Part shown: one piece after another, positions 28,697 to 42,771 of the stretch
How positions within the stretch are numbered: position 1 is the first letter of the stretch
How the letters are laid out: every line of letters starts with the position of its first letter
From: Octopus vulgaris
Taxonomy: Eukaryota
Reading direction: 5' to 3'
Assembly (NCBI GenBank): GCA_951406725.2
Contig: OX597837.1
Span: 35,340,001 to 35,404,000, forward strand
DNA length: 64,000 nt
Position numbers and translations under genes: made by a program
Notes under the pieces: model-generated
Database searches by the model: none
The model's input: the letters and a program-made list of their open reading frames with translations, nothing else
Told to the model about the DNA's origin: nothing

Positions 28697-31436
28697 TCTT
28701 ATACATAAATGGCAATTTCTGTCTGTTGATCTGTCTGTTGCCATCTTGCTGCCTACACCAGCGAACCAATCTTAATGAAACTTTGCATACATGTTAAACT
28801 AACATCCAGTTCAATTTTAGGCTGACTGAATTTCAATCAAAATCTATAATGCCCCCCTCCCCTAGTGAGGCTGGGCTACTATTTGATGAAATTAGAAGAG
28901 TGCAAGAGTGTTAGTGTGAGGGAAATGTGGTGGCATAGTGAGTGTCACTGATATCAGGGAAGGGGAGAACAAATTTATGTAAGCAACAAATACGGAGTGG
29001 CAGTACGACGATAACGTTAATACAGCTGTCATTCAGGGATATACAAGCAATGCTGCAAACATACTTATATAAATACATAGATACATGCATATACACACAT
29101 AAGTAACTTTTAAAACACTGAGGAAGGGAAAGGTGTGTGTGTGAGGAATACGTGGCTTTAAGGAGAGAAGGGGTAAGTTGACAACGGTTGTTAACATGTG
29201 GTTTTTTTGCTCTCATCGCAAATAAACACAGGCATAATATAAATACATACATATATCTACTATACACCATTTTAAACTCGTGATTACCTGTATGTATGTT
29301 TGTAAATGTGTATGTGTGAGAGAGAGAGAGACATCCTATAACTTTGTCTCTCTCTCTACTTTTGTGGGGTCTTCCCTGTTGCTGTCACATATTGTGAAAT
29401 TCTAAAATCAAATCAAAATATTCAAATTTGATACATTGAAACAATTTTCTGCATTAAATCCGATTTTCTAATTTATTTTTTCCAGAAAAATTGCAGAAAA
29501 ATGTTACTAAAGTTTAAAGTTTAATCAATTTTAGCTAATCAGAAAACAAGATTTGGAAGCTGGCATTTTCTGCATGATAGCTGTCTATTACAAAATGAAA
29601 GCAATCAGCAGTTCAAAAAAACACTATATCAAGTTACAGCTAAAGCAGTGTATTTCAACAAGAGTATGGTAACAAAAGAGTTAAAGTGATCAAAATGTAA
29701 GCATTCTTCTATGGAAGTTTTTTAATTATTTGTTCCAATAAACCAGCTTAACAGCACCAAAATAATTCTACTAAATTCATTATTTTCAAAATTAACTGAA
29801 ACAAAGACAAAAGAAACAAATGGTAACAAAAGGGTTAAAGTGATCTTCCATCAAAATTTCATGTTAGTGTTCCAAATACCAAGATTATTTTACAAAACAC
29901 TTCAACATTTTCAAATTTAATTGTAACAAAGATAGTGGATTTCAACATAAATATGGTAACAAAAGGGTTAAAGTGACCAGTGCTTCAGTTCAAGTTAAAC
30001 TCATGTAATCAATATTTAAACTATTTTCACTCAGTCAGCAATCATTGTCTCATATTACACTCAAGTAATCAGTTTCTACTCACACTCACCTTCGGTTATA
30101 CTCAAAGTGTCATTTCAAATAAAGCTAGTATTCAAATATTTAAAAAAAACTATACATAAAATATTTATTAAAAAAAAAGAAGCTGAATAGTAATTGACAT
30201 TGGTCAGTCTGGACTAAGCAGACCAAGGCCCATAAGAACAAACAGAGATCCAGGCAGCCAAACTCACCATGTTCCTGCTTGACTGAGGACAATACTGTGT
30301 ATTCTAACGACAAAGGTTACAGTGTAAAAGTCTGGGAGCAGGTTGAGTTTGTCCGTTGCAAAGTCTGCTGCTGTTGGTCTATTATTATTGTTGTTATTGT
30401 TGCTAAACAACGAAACTGCAGATTGTTCAAGACCAGGCCAGACCAGACTTATAATAAAAGATTTTTGTTCTATTATCTTTTTTTAAGATGCAGTATTTTC
30501 TGGACAACATTATCCAATGTTTGAGATCTGGTTGCTATTTCTAGCAGTTCGTGTGGCAGCAAAGAGCTTCCTCTTGTTGGCTCATATTGTATACCAATAA
30601 AGTTGTTGTCGTTGTTATTGTGTAGCCCCAAGTCAGTCTCAATCAAGAAAACTTCTCACCAAAAGACCTCTAGGCCATTCCTGCCTTATCTGGAAGCCTG
30701 GATTTTCTAATATACATTCCCCCAAGATAGGAATATGATCCAACAGAGATTTAGCTGCATTAAGGTTCCCATGGCAGAGACAATAGGCAAAGAGAGCTGA
30801 GTAAAATTAGAGAATTGCAGTCCTTGCAGTGGTGTACATGCCAACACAATGTCAAGGACGCAAGTTATTATTGATAGTATCATCATCATTACTTTTATTA
30901 TTAAAGTGGTGAGGGAAAGGGAAAGAGATATGTTTAGGATACAATATTTAGCAGAGGGTGATGCTCTGAGTGGTGAGGTTAAAGAATGGTAGATAGAGAG
31001 AGATGGACCAGGGGAGGCAGTTATATTGGGAGAGAGGGGGCAGATAGCATTTGTATTGTCAGAATAGAGATACATTGAAAGCTATACTGATAATGATGGT
31101 GGTGTGTTGATAGTGAAAAGAATATTTTTCTGTTGAACTAAATCTATAATATTCTTCTTCTACCTGCTTCAGTTTGTTAGAGAGGAGGAAGAGGAGTGAG
31201 AGAGCAGATAGCCAGCCAATGCATTATGCTGTCACTCATGTGACTGGTGGAAGTGAGAGGTGAAGAGAAAGAGAGAAATGTAAAGTGCTTAGCAGAGGGA
31301 AATTTTAAAATCATGTAATATATTATTCTAACTGGAAGCGAAATACTTTACAAAATAAAATAAAAATCATCCTTTCTTTCTTAAATACCTTCTCTTAATC
31401 TTTTTTGTTCTGTGGAATTTCCATGGGTCCTACTAG
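28697..31436 (+). mobile_element. Possible non-autonomous Helitron with internal insertions
   Basis: A|TCTTATACATAAATG start followed by TCTG repeats; CTGTGGAATTTCCATGG hairpin then CTAG|T end. It is uncertain that both ends belong to one element. Confidence 0.4.
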
Positions 31437-31619
31437 TTATTATCAATATCATTATAATTATTATTGTTATACTTCTCAAAGCACTTGATCATTTGCTCTG
31501 ATTGATTCTGTGATACCAGACAGCAGATTGTTGTCAGGTCTCACAGCATCTCTTTCCACATACTATAAGCTTTGATACATGGTTGCTGTGATTATTATCA
31601 TCATCATTATTATTATCAT

Positions 31620-32112
31620 TCAGTAGTTTTATTTTTATAGCGTGCTTTCACTTCACTACCGAGCGCAGCTCTGTGTGCCTTGGGTATGTGCTGTGATTTG
31701 TTGTGATGCTCTGATGGTTATTGTATGGAAAGTGTTCTGCATAGGATGTGTGCAGTGCCTAGTAGTGCAATTTTCTGTATGTTATATGTGTTTGTAAGTC
31801 CTGGTATTTTTGTTATGTATTTGTCTGAATATTTTTTATCATGCCTAATGCACCAAAAATTATTATTATTATTATTAATTTTCTTTTTATAGCGTGCTTT
31901 CACTTCACTACCGAGCGCAGCTCTGTGTGCCTTGGGTATGTGCTGTGATTTGTTGTGATGCTCTGATGGTTATTGTATGGAAAGTGTTCTGCGTAGGATG
32001 TGTGCAGTGCCTAGTAGTGCAATTTTCTGTATGTTATATGTGTTTGTAAGTCCTGGTGTTTTTGTTATGTATTTGTCTGAATATTTTTTTATCATGCCTA
32101 ATGCACCAAAAA
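31620..32112 (-). mobile_element. Tandem pair (252-bp period) of 3' ends of an R4/Dong-like RLE non-LTR element in (TAA)n
   Basis: GALGMIKK..PGLTNTYNIQKIALLGTAHILRRTL-stop occurs twice, with TAA-repeat flanks. Confidence 0.75.
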
Positions 32113-32541
32113 TTATTATTATTATCATTATTATTATTGCTTTATTATTATTATACCGATTCCGGGTTTTGAATTTTTTTTTTTTTTTTGGACATCTGGA
32201 TTGAAAAGAAAGAATTATATTCACAAGATGTTACACTGTTTCGGAAGTGACCAACCAGACAACTGGACAGTCAGCTAAACCTGTCACAGTAGAAAACTTT
32301 CTCAAGGAAAGCAAGTGTATATGGTACGGAAGATTGGTCAACAAAATAAATACATGGATAATTGTTGTTATTATCAACATTATCCACAGACAATCAAGAT
32401 GTGACCAGCCCATGTTTTTCTTGTTTATCTAAGATATTGTTCAATTCCCCCCTTTTTTTCTGGCGGGGTGGGGGTCCTTATAGCTAGCAGGGTATGATTT
32501 GAGAGGGACATTTCGCTGCCAAAATGCAACATTTAGTAGTT

Positions 32542-32702
32542 TCAGAAATCCTTTTGCCGATGTAGCCGGCAAATGGTGATCGCAAAAGCCAAGAGGATGA
32601 TGAGAAGAATGGCGTTGATCACAACTAGTGCCCAAGTGGTCTTCATGAAGGTGGTCATCTTTTCAGATTCTATCTTGACAACAGGCGATCCTTGGCAAAA
32701 TT
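32542..32702 (-). CDS. Same gene, terminal exon 11 (short linker, transmembrane helix, short tail)
   Basis: The first AG after a (CT)n tract is phase-1 compatible; an alternative CCAAG acceptor lies 12 nt further in. Encodes FCQGSPVVKIESEKMTTFMKTTWALVVINAILLIILLAFAITICRLHRQKDF-stop. Confidence 0.8.
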
Positions 32703-33496
32703 CTTCATTCAAGTTCAGCAAATATAAAAGAGAGAGAGAGAGAAACAAATGAGATTCATAAATATATGTGTTGAGAGTAAAGCATATGTCTTTATATACA
32801 TGTATAGATAGACACAGACAGACAGACACACACACACACATATATATATATTTAGTTTTCACATTCTCAAAACAAAAAGTTAAATATCCCATTAATAACT
32901 GAATAAAACCACCAACAACCAAAACCTTATGACCTGAAGATGACACACTTAAATATACACACCCGATTAGAAAGTTGATGTAACAGTTGATGTGTTTGAC
33001 TAACAGTGATTGCATCTTCAGGGTATTATCTGTTTTTTCAATTGATCGATTGGGTAAACTAAACCATAAATGCACCTAAAATGCCTACCAGAAATAGTTG
33101 TAAGTCTACAATGCATGAATGAATATACAAAGTCCATTATTTATGCTTTTCATATCTCTCTCATATGTATCTATCTAATGACTGACAAGGGAGACAATCT
33201 CCCTACAACAGCAGATGCAGCCAGATCATCGGTGATTTCAAATTTTGATGCTAGAGACTGCACCGTTTTATAGTAGAGTTGCAATTGAAACAGGTGTTGG
33301 TAATCCTTATTTTTAATATTGGCAATATTTATACTCCAGGAAACGTATATAGCTAAGGGAATATATTCAGAATTATCCAACGGAATGTTCCTCTAATTTT
33401 TTGCCTTATAAGAACTTTATTGGATTAATATGCTAACAGTTGACTAACATATTTTGAATACCTGAGAGCAAACAGGTAATTGGTTTGGAGTAGCCC

Positions 33497-33986
<490 letters not shown>

Positions 33987-34037
33987 TAAGTAAATATATA
34001 TATATAAATTGAGTAAATAACTAAAATAATTCAAAAA

Positions 34038-34331
34038 CTAAGAAATAAGCATACTGAAAATGAATGGGTTATTTCCAGGAGGGAATGGGTTATTTCCCTT
34101 GGAAGCTTAAAATAAATACTATTGCCATTCACTTACACCCAAAATGTTATTCCTCCCGCCGTTTACCCAAACATTTTTTTGAAATCAATTTATACTTAAA
34201 ACCTCGCCAGATACATAAGCAATGTGTGTGTGAAGTTTAAGAAAAATCGGTCAAGCCGTTTTGACACAAAATGAAGACATACCGATAGACACACACAGGC
34301 AGACAGACATTTTCAGTTTTAATATGTAAGA
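34038..34331 (-). mobile_element. Short non-autonomous Helitron-like element
   Basis: Its 5' end A|TCTTACATATTAAAACTGAAAATG resembles the Helitron terminus at 14617. Confidence 0.5.
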
Positions 34332-34514
34332 TACATATAATGGGCTTTGTTCAGTTTCCGTCAACCAAATCTACTCACAGAGACATTGGTTGGTCCAAGG
34401 CTACAGAAGAAGACACTTGCACAGGGGGACTGAACTTCAAACGATCAGGTTGCAAAGAGATCTTCTTAACCACACAACCATTATTTAACACAAAAAGAAA
34501 TGAGATTCTTTTTC

Positions 34515-35170
34515 AGGAAGACGGAGGAGAAGGAAGAGGAAAAAGAACAAGACAAAGGAGAAGAGGAAGAACAAGACAGGAGAGGAAGAAGAACAAGACA
34601 AAGGAGGAAAGGGAGAAGAGGAAGAACATGACAAAGGAGGAGAGGAGGAAGAACAAAACAAAGAAGGAGAGGAAGAAGAACAAAACAAAGAAGGAGAGGA
34701 AGAAGAACCAGACAAAGAAGGAGAGGAAGAAGAACAAGACAAAGAAGGAGAGGAAGAAGAACAAAACAAAGAAGGAGAGGAAGAAGAACAAAACAAAGAA
34801 GGAGAGGAAGAAGAACAAAACAAAGGAGAGGAAGAAGAACAAAACAAAGAAGGAGAGGAAGAAGAACAAAACAAAGGAGAGGAAGAAGAACAAAACAAAG
34901 AAGGAGAGGAAGAACAAAACAAAGGAGAGGAAGAAGAACAAAACAAAGAAGGAGAGGAAGAAGAACAAAACAAAGAAGGAGAGGAAGAAGAACAAAACAA
35001 AGAAGGAGAGGAAGAAGAACAAAACAAAGAAGGAGAGGAAGAAGAACAAAACAAAGGAGAGGAAGAACATGACAAAGGGGGAGGAGAAAAAGAAGTGGAA
35101 GGAGGAAGAGGAGAACAACAACAAGAACAAGATGACAAAGAAGGAGGAGGAGGAGGGGGAATAAGAAGAA
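34515..35170. repeat. Purine-rich minisatellite, 27/24-bp units (AAGGAGAGGAAGAAGAACAAAACAAAG)
   Basis: Seen directly; starts about 20 nt inside intron 10. Confidence 0.95.
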
Positions 35171-35188
35171 GACCGCAACAGCACTTAC

Positions 35189-35361
35189 TTAAGGAGACTT
35201 TAGGGAAATAATCCGTCCAAAACATGTATTCTTGCTGTCGATACTGGAAGCTTACTCTTGTATGGTTGTCAATGATCATATAGCTCTGATTGTTCCATCG
35301 GAACGGAGGCCAGAAAACATCTCGGAAATATTTGAGATCATCTCTGGATGGAGTTGGGGCC
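35189..35361 (-). CDS. Same gene, exon 10
   Basis: CTTCCAG acceptor and A|GTAAGT donor, 173 nt, phase 2-1. Encodes APTPSRDDLKYFRDVFWPPFRWNNQSYMII...YRQQEYMFWTDYFPKVSL, the end of the COesterase domain. Confidence 0.9.
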
Positions 35362-35792
35362 CTGGAAGGGTCAAAAAAAAAAAAAAAAGACATTATGAAT
35401 AAAAATTAAAATAAAACTTGGAAAGAAAGAATTAAATTTACAAAACTAATAAGTTTTAAAATGTGATAACGATGTAAGTCACTTGATATAGTGACAGAAA
35501 TATGGGGAGTATTTTGGAAAAAGGAAACTAAAAGAAGCCTATTGTATCTTTTATCTTTCACTTGATTCAGTCATTAGGCTGCAGCCTAAATTTACAGAAC
35601 TAATAAGTTTTGAAATGTGATAACGATGTAAGTCACTTGATATAGTGACATAAATATGGGGAAGATTTTGGAAAACGGAAACTAAAAGAAGCCTGTTGTA
35701 TCTTTTATCTTTTACTTGATTCAGTCATTAGGCTGCAGCACCACCTTGAAGAATTTTAGTAGACAAATCAATCCCAAGACTTTTTTGTTTTG

Positions 35793-36045
35793 CATGAAGG
35801 TAGACAAATCGCAAACACCTTCAGGTAGATGGCCCTGCTCCATCTGTAGAAAAGGCGTAGGTAGAAACTCTATAAGATGCACCAAGTGTAAGCTATGGAC
35901 ACCTAAGAGGTGCAGCAATGTCAAAGGAAGGCTAACTAGGAAGATAGTTTTTGTGTGTGGCAGATGCTCAGGAGCAATAAACACTGAAAATACGCAGAGA
36001 CCATCTTCCGCCACATTCCAGGGAGAAAAACTAGAAATAGTTGTA
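35793..36045 (+). mobile_element. Internal fragment of an RTE-like LINE (Cys-rich PHD-like insert region)
   Basis: GRWPCSICRKGVGRNSIRCTKCKLW..KRCS..FVCGRC..GEKLEIV. Confidence 0.65.
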
Positions 36046-36532
36046 AAGGAGCATCACCGTTGGAGAAACAATGTTGTTTGTTTCTGATCTTCTATGAAAA
36101 ACGTGTTGGCCATAGGGGGAAATATTACCTTACTTGGAAACTGGCAACAGGGGCATCCAGCCCTAGAAAACCAGCCTGGGAAAATTCTATCTGATCCGTG
36201 CAAGAATGGAAAAGTTGATATCAAATGATGATGGTGGTGGTGATGCTGATGATGATTATGATGATGATGACAATGACGAAGATATGGATGATGATGGTAA
36301 ATATAAGAATAATGATCATGATGATTATGAATACGATGATAAAAATTAAGACAACGGTGATTATGACAATGATAAGGATGATGATGGTGATGATGGTGAT
36401 GCTGTGATGGCATCGGTCACCTGGGATCAACCAGTTGGTATCGTAGCACCATCGGCCAGCATATCTGTATCAGTCAGATGTTATAGCAGGTGAGACATCA
36501 CCTGATTACGATGCGATAAATTAATTACTAAC

Positions 36533-36695
36533 CCGTGTAGAGTGAAGTTGGTGAACACTGTCATCATGTAATTACTCATTTCAATGTCGTGCACTGAGTA
36601 GTCTTGGCGTGGGTAGACTCCAGTGATATTACTGTAGCACCGGGAGAAGTAAGGGAAGCCGAACACATACTGCAATTCCTGACCATGAGCAACTC
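36533..36695 (-). CDS. Same gene, exon 9 (triad His retained)
   Basis: GTCGCAG acceptor and GG|GTTAGT donor, 163 nt. Encodes GVAHGQELQYVFGFPY...MSNYMMTVFTNFTLHG. Confidence 0.93.
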
Positions 36696-36779
36696 CTGCG
36701 ACAGAAAAGTAAAAGAGAAGTCAAATGAATTATCATTTCTCGATCGTTATAATAATAATAATTATTTTTTTTTTTTTTT

Positions 36780-37945
36780 TTTACTGCCCACAAGGGGACA
36801 AACAAAGACAGACAAATGGATTAGGTCGATTACATTGACCCCAGTGCGTAACTGGTACTTAATTTATCGACCCCGAAAGGATGAAAGGCAAAGTCGACCT
36901 CGGCGGAATTTGAACTCGGAACGTAACGACAGACAAAATACGGCTACGCATTTCGCCCGGCGTGCTAACGATTCTGCCAGCAATAATAATAATAAGAGCA
37001 CTCAGAGAGTGCAAACCTCTGCCAAGGCAACACCAACATCCTCTCAACGATTAACCGGAGATTATTTTTAAAATGAGAATATCTGAAATAAACTCTACTG
37101 CTCTCACAAATGAGAATACTAAAAATGAACATGACTGCTCTCAGAAATTAAGTAAAAAAAAACAGGAAAAATAATCCAGAATCCTTGTCTGGTACTGGAT
37201 CAATCCCAAAATCTAATCAGTTTGTGTCAGTCATAAGGCCAAAGATCCCTGAAAGTTTTATCTGAATCTATCCAGCGATTCTTGAGGTATCTTGTCCACA
37301 GACAAACAAAGAAACAAACACAATTAAAAATACCTCCGCTTTCGCTAAGATGGAGGTAATAATAATAATCCTTTGTACTGAAGTGGGGGGAAACTGGTCA
37401 ATTACATTGACCCCAGTGCTCAACTGGTACTTACTTTATCATCCCCGAAAGGATCGAAGTCGTAGTCGACCTCGCTGGAATTTGAACTCAGAACATAAAG
37501 ACAGACGAAATGTCGCTAAGCATTTAGCCCGGTGTACCAAACATTCTGCCAACTCACCACCTTAATAATAATCCTTTCTACTTATAGGCACAAGGCCTGT
37601 ATTTTGCGGGGAGGAGGCCAGTCAATTAGATCAACCTCAGTATGCAACCGGTACTTAATTTATCCACTCTGAAAGGATGAAACGCAAAGTCAGCCTCAGC
37701 AGGATTTGAACTCAGAATGCGCAGACAGATAAAGTGCCACAAAGTATTTCACCAGGCATGCTAATGATTCTGCCACCTCACTGCCATAATAATAATAATA
37801 ATAATAATAATAATAGTGGTTTCAAATTTTGCCACAAGGGCAGCAATTTTGAGGAAGTGGGTGTGTTGATTACATTGACCCCAGTGTTTCACTGGTACTT
37901 AATTTATCGACCCCAAAAGGATGAAAGGCAAAGTCGACCTCGGCA
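36780..37945 (-). mobile_element. Cluster of about four family B SINEs in (AAT)n tracts
   Basis: Repeated CTGGTACTT..ATCGACCCC..GGATGAAAGGCAAAGTCGACCTCGGC motif. Confidence 0.8.
36994..37358 (+). mobile_element. HINE/DINE-1-like (Helentron-associated) element; second copy at 52521-52886
   Basis: Subterminal ACCTCTGCC, ACAA microsatellite and 3' hairpin CCTCCG..GGAGG. The two copies align over ~360 bp. Confidence 0.55.
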
Positions 37946-38466
37946 GCACAATAAGACAGCTAACCACATCATTTCCAGCTGCTCAGCCCTTGTTAAATGT
38001 GAATAAATACACAGATGCAATGCGGAAGAGTAAAGGGTGGGTGTTAGAACCAGAAGCTAAGGAAGGAGTGATGTCTCATCAAGAAGCAGGGAATTCCATC
38101 TTCCTCTTTCTTTGTAGAACCTCTGGGGTATTCAATTGTGAGAAGAGAATTCAGGTAGAGAGTAGATTGTAGCCAGAGGTCAAGTAGCATAAACATTTAG
38201 GTTCGTGCAATGTTTTTCCGACTGTGGTGGGCACTAGTTTCCATCTCTGTTCAAGGTGAGAGCATTTTACTTTCACTGTCCCATCTACACATAATCAAGT
38301 AGACAGCTGTATCCGCTGGGTAACATGCCAATACATCAATGTAAAAACAGAGGAGAAGTGAAGTAAATATGTACCAAAACAGGGTGCTTGACAATAGCCT
38401 GGGGCCACAAGCATCTAGAACATGATTGCCAAAACTGATCAAGAAATCAAGGTAAAACCATTCATA

Positions 38467-38840
38467 GGCGTAAGAGTGGCTGTGTGGTAAGTAGCTTGCT
38501 TACCAACCACATGGTTCTGGATTCAGTCTCACTGCATGGCACCTTCGGCAAGTGTCTTCTACTATAACCTTAGACAGATCAAAGCCTTGTGAGTGGATTT
38601 GGTAGACGGAAACTGAAAGAAGCCCGTCGTATATATGTATATGTGTGTCCCCCTAACATCACTTGACAACCAATGCTGGTGTGTTTACGTCCCCATAACT
38701 TAGTGGTTCGGCAAAAGATACTGATAGAATAAGTACTGGGCTTACAAGGAATAAGTCCTGGGGGTTGATTTGCTCGACTAAAGGCAGTGCTCCAGCATGG
38801 CCACAGTCAAATGATTGAAATGAGTAAAAGAGTAAAAGAG
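38467..38840 (+). mobile_element. SINE family A, full-length
   Basis: Head through GTAAAAGAG tail. Confidence 0.88.
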
Positions 38841-38869
38841 ATATAATCAACGACTGGAAAAATAATCAC

Positions 38870-39115
38870 GTTCACACTGGGAGACATTGAAACCCCTTCT
38901 GACCTAAATATTACCCTAAAAGAAGTAGAAAAGAAAAAACTGTCAAAATATTGAGGATCTTGAAATTGAAATATTTATGATGTAAAAACCTGGTGAAAAC
39001 TGTAGCAATAATAATAATCGGAAGATTAGGTTTGATAAAAACAAAATATAAGCTATTGGATACTATAGCAATCCAAAACAACCCTTCATACTAACTAGAG
39101 ATCAAAAGCATCAGT
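38870..39115 (+). mobile_element. Decayed R4/Dong-like RLE domain fragment
   Basis: Broken DIETPSDLNITLKEVEK..LSKY..DLEIEI..IIIGRLGLIK. Confidence 0.45.
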
Positions 39116-40258
39116 TATCAACACTTTTTCTCCCTAAATTTTGTGAAGAAATGCTCCTAGCCCTGAAATATTGAAATACTAGGTTATGGCTAGGTAATAG
39201 TACTAACCATCAATTAGTATTATAACTTGGCCTTGTTTTGGCTTTTAAAAAAAAGAATTAAAAAATATAGAAGCCATACCAATAATCACAACACTCTACA
39301 CTGCCAGGAACAGCCCACATCCTATGCAAGATGTTACTGGTTCACTAGTAGAGCTCAAATAGAACAGGCTTCACACTCAACACAGATCTTATATAATGAA
39401 TACCTAACAGTATATGTGGAGCCCCTGGTGGACAGTTAATACAAGGGAGATAATCATTCCTTCATCGTAACACAACACTCAAAAAATAGCAAAAGGCTCC
39501 TTCCGCACACCACACACAGAAGAACGAATGCTAATATAACTCAAGAAACAACAACTTCCAGAGACCCACTGGGACACTTTGCAGCATAGTGGTTAGGATG
39601 TTGCATCCACGATTGTGAAATCACAGGTTCAATTCCCATACATACATACACACACACATTCATTAATTTGTTTGTTTATTTTAACATGATTTTCCATGGT
39701 AGCCAAGGAGACATTTGATGTCAGATCTTAGGGCTGAGTGTTTTTGTGTAAGTGTGGTATAATTGCTAGAAATGGCAGCAAAATATCCCTCAAACATCCT
39801 ACTGTCTTAAAAAAAATGCCATATTGAGCAATGTAGCCCAAAGTATACTAAGCCTGTCAAAAGTAAACAAAACAAAAGCAGGAGACAGGTAGGTTGTGGT
39901 TTCAATACCCATGAATACAGATCAGTTGAATCAGGGCCAAAGTGGAATAGACAACAACAACAACAACAACAACAATAACATCTAAGTCTCTCTGCAATAT
40001 GATGAGTAGAATAAGGTGTTGAGCTGGCAGAATCGTTAGCCCGCCAGGTAAAATGCTTAGCAGTGTTTTGTCCATTGCTATGTTCCAAGTTCAAATTCCG
40101 TTGAGGTTGACTTTGCCTTTCATTTCTTTTGGGGTCGGTAAAATAATAAGTAGCAGTATGGACACTGGCACTGATGCAATTGATTTACCTGCCGTCCCCG
40201 AGATTGCTGGCCTTGTGCCAAAATCTGAAACCAAAGCGTAGAGTAGAATAAGCCTCAC

Positions 40259-40385
40259 CTCTCCATGGTGGAAGATAATCATAATGTGACTTGTATTTGA
40301 AGACATAGAAGTAGGTATAGTTATATCTCGCATGGTATTTCACAACTTCATCGACACCAGCTCCAAACATATAGTCAGACATCAG
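40259..40385 (-). CDS. Same gene, exon 8
   Basis: TTTTAG acceptor and G|GTGAGG donor, 127 nt. Encodes LMSDYMFGAGVDEVVKYHARYNYTYFYVFKYKSHYDYLPPWR. Confidence 0.92.
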
Positions 40386-41066
40386 CTAAAATAAAAAAAA
40401 ATAAATAAATAAAAGATGGTGAAAGGTATTTTCAAGAGATGTACAGATATGGAGTCAGAGGTAAAAAAAACAAAAAAAAATATATATATATAAAAGCACC
40501 ATCCGTTCGTGTCCATTGTCAGCCTCGCCTGGCCCCCGTGCCGGTGACACGTAAAAGCACCATCCGTTTGTGGCCGTTTACCAGCTCTGTCTGGCCCCCA
40601 TGTCAGTGGCACGTAAAAGTGCCATCCGTTCCTGTCCGTTGCCAGCCTTGCCTGGCCCCCGTGCCAGTGACACGTAAAAGCACCATCCGTTCGTGGCCGT
40701 TTGCCAGCTCTGTCTGGCACCTGTGCGGGTGGCACGTAAAAAGCACCCACTACACTCACGGAGTGGTTGGCTTTAGGAAGGGCATCCAGCCGTAGAAACA
40801 CTGCCAGATCTGACTGGGCCTGATGAAGCCTTCCAGCTTCACAGACCTCAGTTGAACCGTCCAACCCATGCTAGCATGGAAAACGGACGCTAAATGATGA
40901 TGATGATGATGATGATAAGAGAATATTAATGATTTGTAAGGGACAGCATATTCTGTTATGCAACCATAATATATTGGCACTTTAGGCAAGAGTCTTCTAC
41001 TATAGTCTTGGGCCAATCAAAGCCTTGTGAATGGATTCGATAGACAGAAACTGAAAGAAGCCCATC

Positions 41067-41101
<35 letters not shown>

Positions 41102-42496
41102 AAACTCCAAGAAAGTTAGGGGTTGTGAGTCCAACCCACTAAGGGATAATATCTATCCTGTCCTAAAGTTGATGAACCAACTATTGTGCTTCTCTATTTT
41201 CTTATTTGCAATATATATATATGTATGTATGTATTTGTGTGTGTGTCAGTGTTTGCCCCTCCACTGTCGCTTGACAACCGATGTTGGTGTGTTTACGTTC
41301 CTGTAACTTAGCAGCTCGGCAAAAGGGACCGATAGAATAAGTACTAGGCTTACAAAGAATCAGTTCCAGAGTCGATTTCTTTGACTAAAAGGCAGTGCTC
41401 CAGCATGACCGCAATCAAATGACTGAAACAAATAAAGGAATACAAAGTGTATTAAACATTTCTATAAGTCCTTACATGCCAATGCACGGGGGCCAGTCAG
41501 GCAGTACTGGCAACGACCTCGCACAAATCTTTTTACACATGCCACCAGCACAGGTGCCAGTAAGGCGACGCTGGTAACGATCACGCTTGAATGGCGCCTT
41601 TTATGTGCCACCGGCACGGAAGCCGGTTAGCCGCTCTGTCAACGATCACACTCAGATGGTGCTCTTGGCACCCTACTAGCAGGGGCACAAGTGCCAGTAA
41701 GGCGATGCTGGTAACTATCACACTCAAATGGTGCCTTTTATGTGCCACTGGCACGAAAGCCGGTTAACCGCTCTGTCAACGATCGCACTCGTATGGTGCT
41801 CTTGGCACCCCGCTAGCATGGATGCCAGTCATCGAATTTGTTAATCACCTGGATGTAACACCTGGTTCGAAAAACAAAGGAGATGAAAAATGGTTAAATG
41901 TCTAAATATATGAAGGTTGCAGAAGTACAAACATCGTTGTTTGATTGAAACATTCAGTTCCTAACCATATGGTTTAGGATTTGATCTCTCTACAGACACT
42001 TTGGTGTTGGACCATGGCCTTGGTTTGACCAAACCTTTATCAACCCAACTAGGAACAAAACTGCATGGAAGCTTCAGAAGTGATGTTCTAGTATTTTTAG
42101 GGGTTAAATTTTATCAGTTTGTTCAGTTTAACATTATTTGAGTGCCTTTAAAAGATTCCACTTTGTTGCAAGCTTGTGGCCAGGTCTGTGTCTGAGAGAA
42201 TCTTCCTTCCTCCCCCTGCCCTTCTTCCTCTGAATAACCCATTAAAAAAGTAAATAGACACTGAAAAAAAAAAAAAGGAAATGGTCTTTATCCCTTTCAT
42301 TCCATATTTTTTTTAAGACATTGTCTTTTTTTCAATTAATTTCACAACAAAATCACAGCCACCGCAATGACAAACACCAAACCCTCATAACCACAACCAC
42401 CTCAAAAACCACCATCAAACCCTCATAACCACAACCACCACCAAAACCACAATTATTATTTCTGTAGGAAAAAATATATGAATGTAAGGAACCTAC

Positions 42497-42675
42497 TGCA
42501 ATAGAACGGTTCCGGATACCAGTTATATTTTTGGGATCTTCATAATAAGTGTATTCAAATTCCAGGCTCTCCAAGGCCCTCTCTTGATTGGTTGCGTTCC
42601 TCTCCACCACAAATTCGTAAATAAGGTTTTGAAACTCGGCCGGTTGTATTCCGTCTTCAAGTCCAAAATAATTGG
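42497..42675 (-). CDS. Same gene, exon 7
   Basis: TTTCTCAG acceptor and GCA|GTAGGT donor, 179 nt, phase 1-0. Encodes PNYFGLEDGIQPAEF...LEFEYTYYEDPKNITGIRNRSIA. Confidence 0.88.
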
Positions 42676-42771
42676 CTGAGAAAGAAGAGAAGAAATGAAT
42701 AAAAGAAGGAAGGAAGGAAGTAACAGGGGAAGAAAATAATAGAAAGAAGGAAGGAAGAAAGGATTATTGAA

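Noticed and set aside
34340-35164. 274-aa Lys/Glu-rich ORF (KKERKKNKT)n and the antisense Phe-rich ORF
   Set aside because: Products of a purine-rich minisatellite within an intron; no domain or splice support.
36054-36430. His-rich and Met/Ile-rich ORFs
   Set aside because: Degenerate (GAT)n tract.
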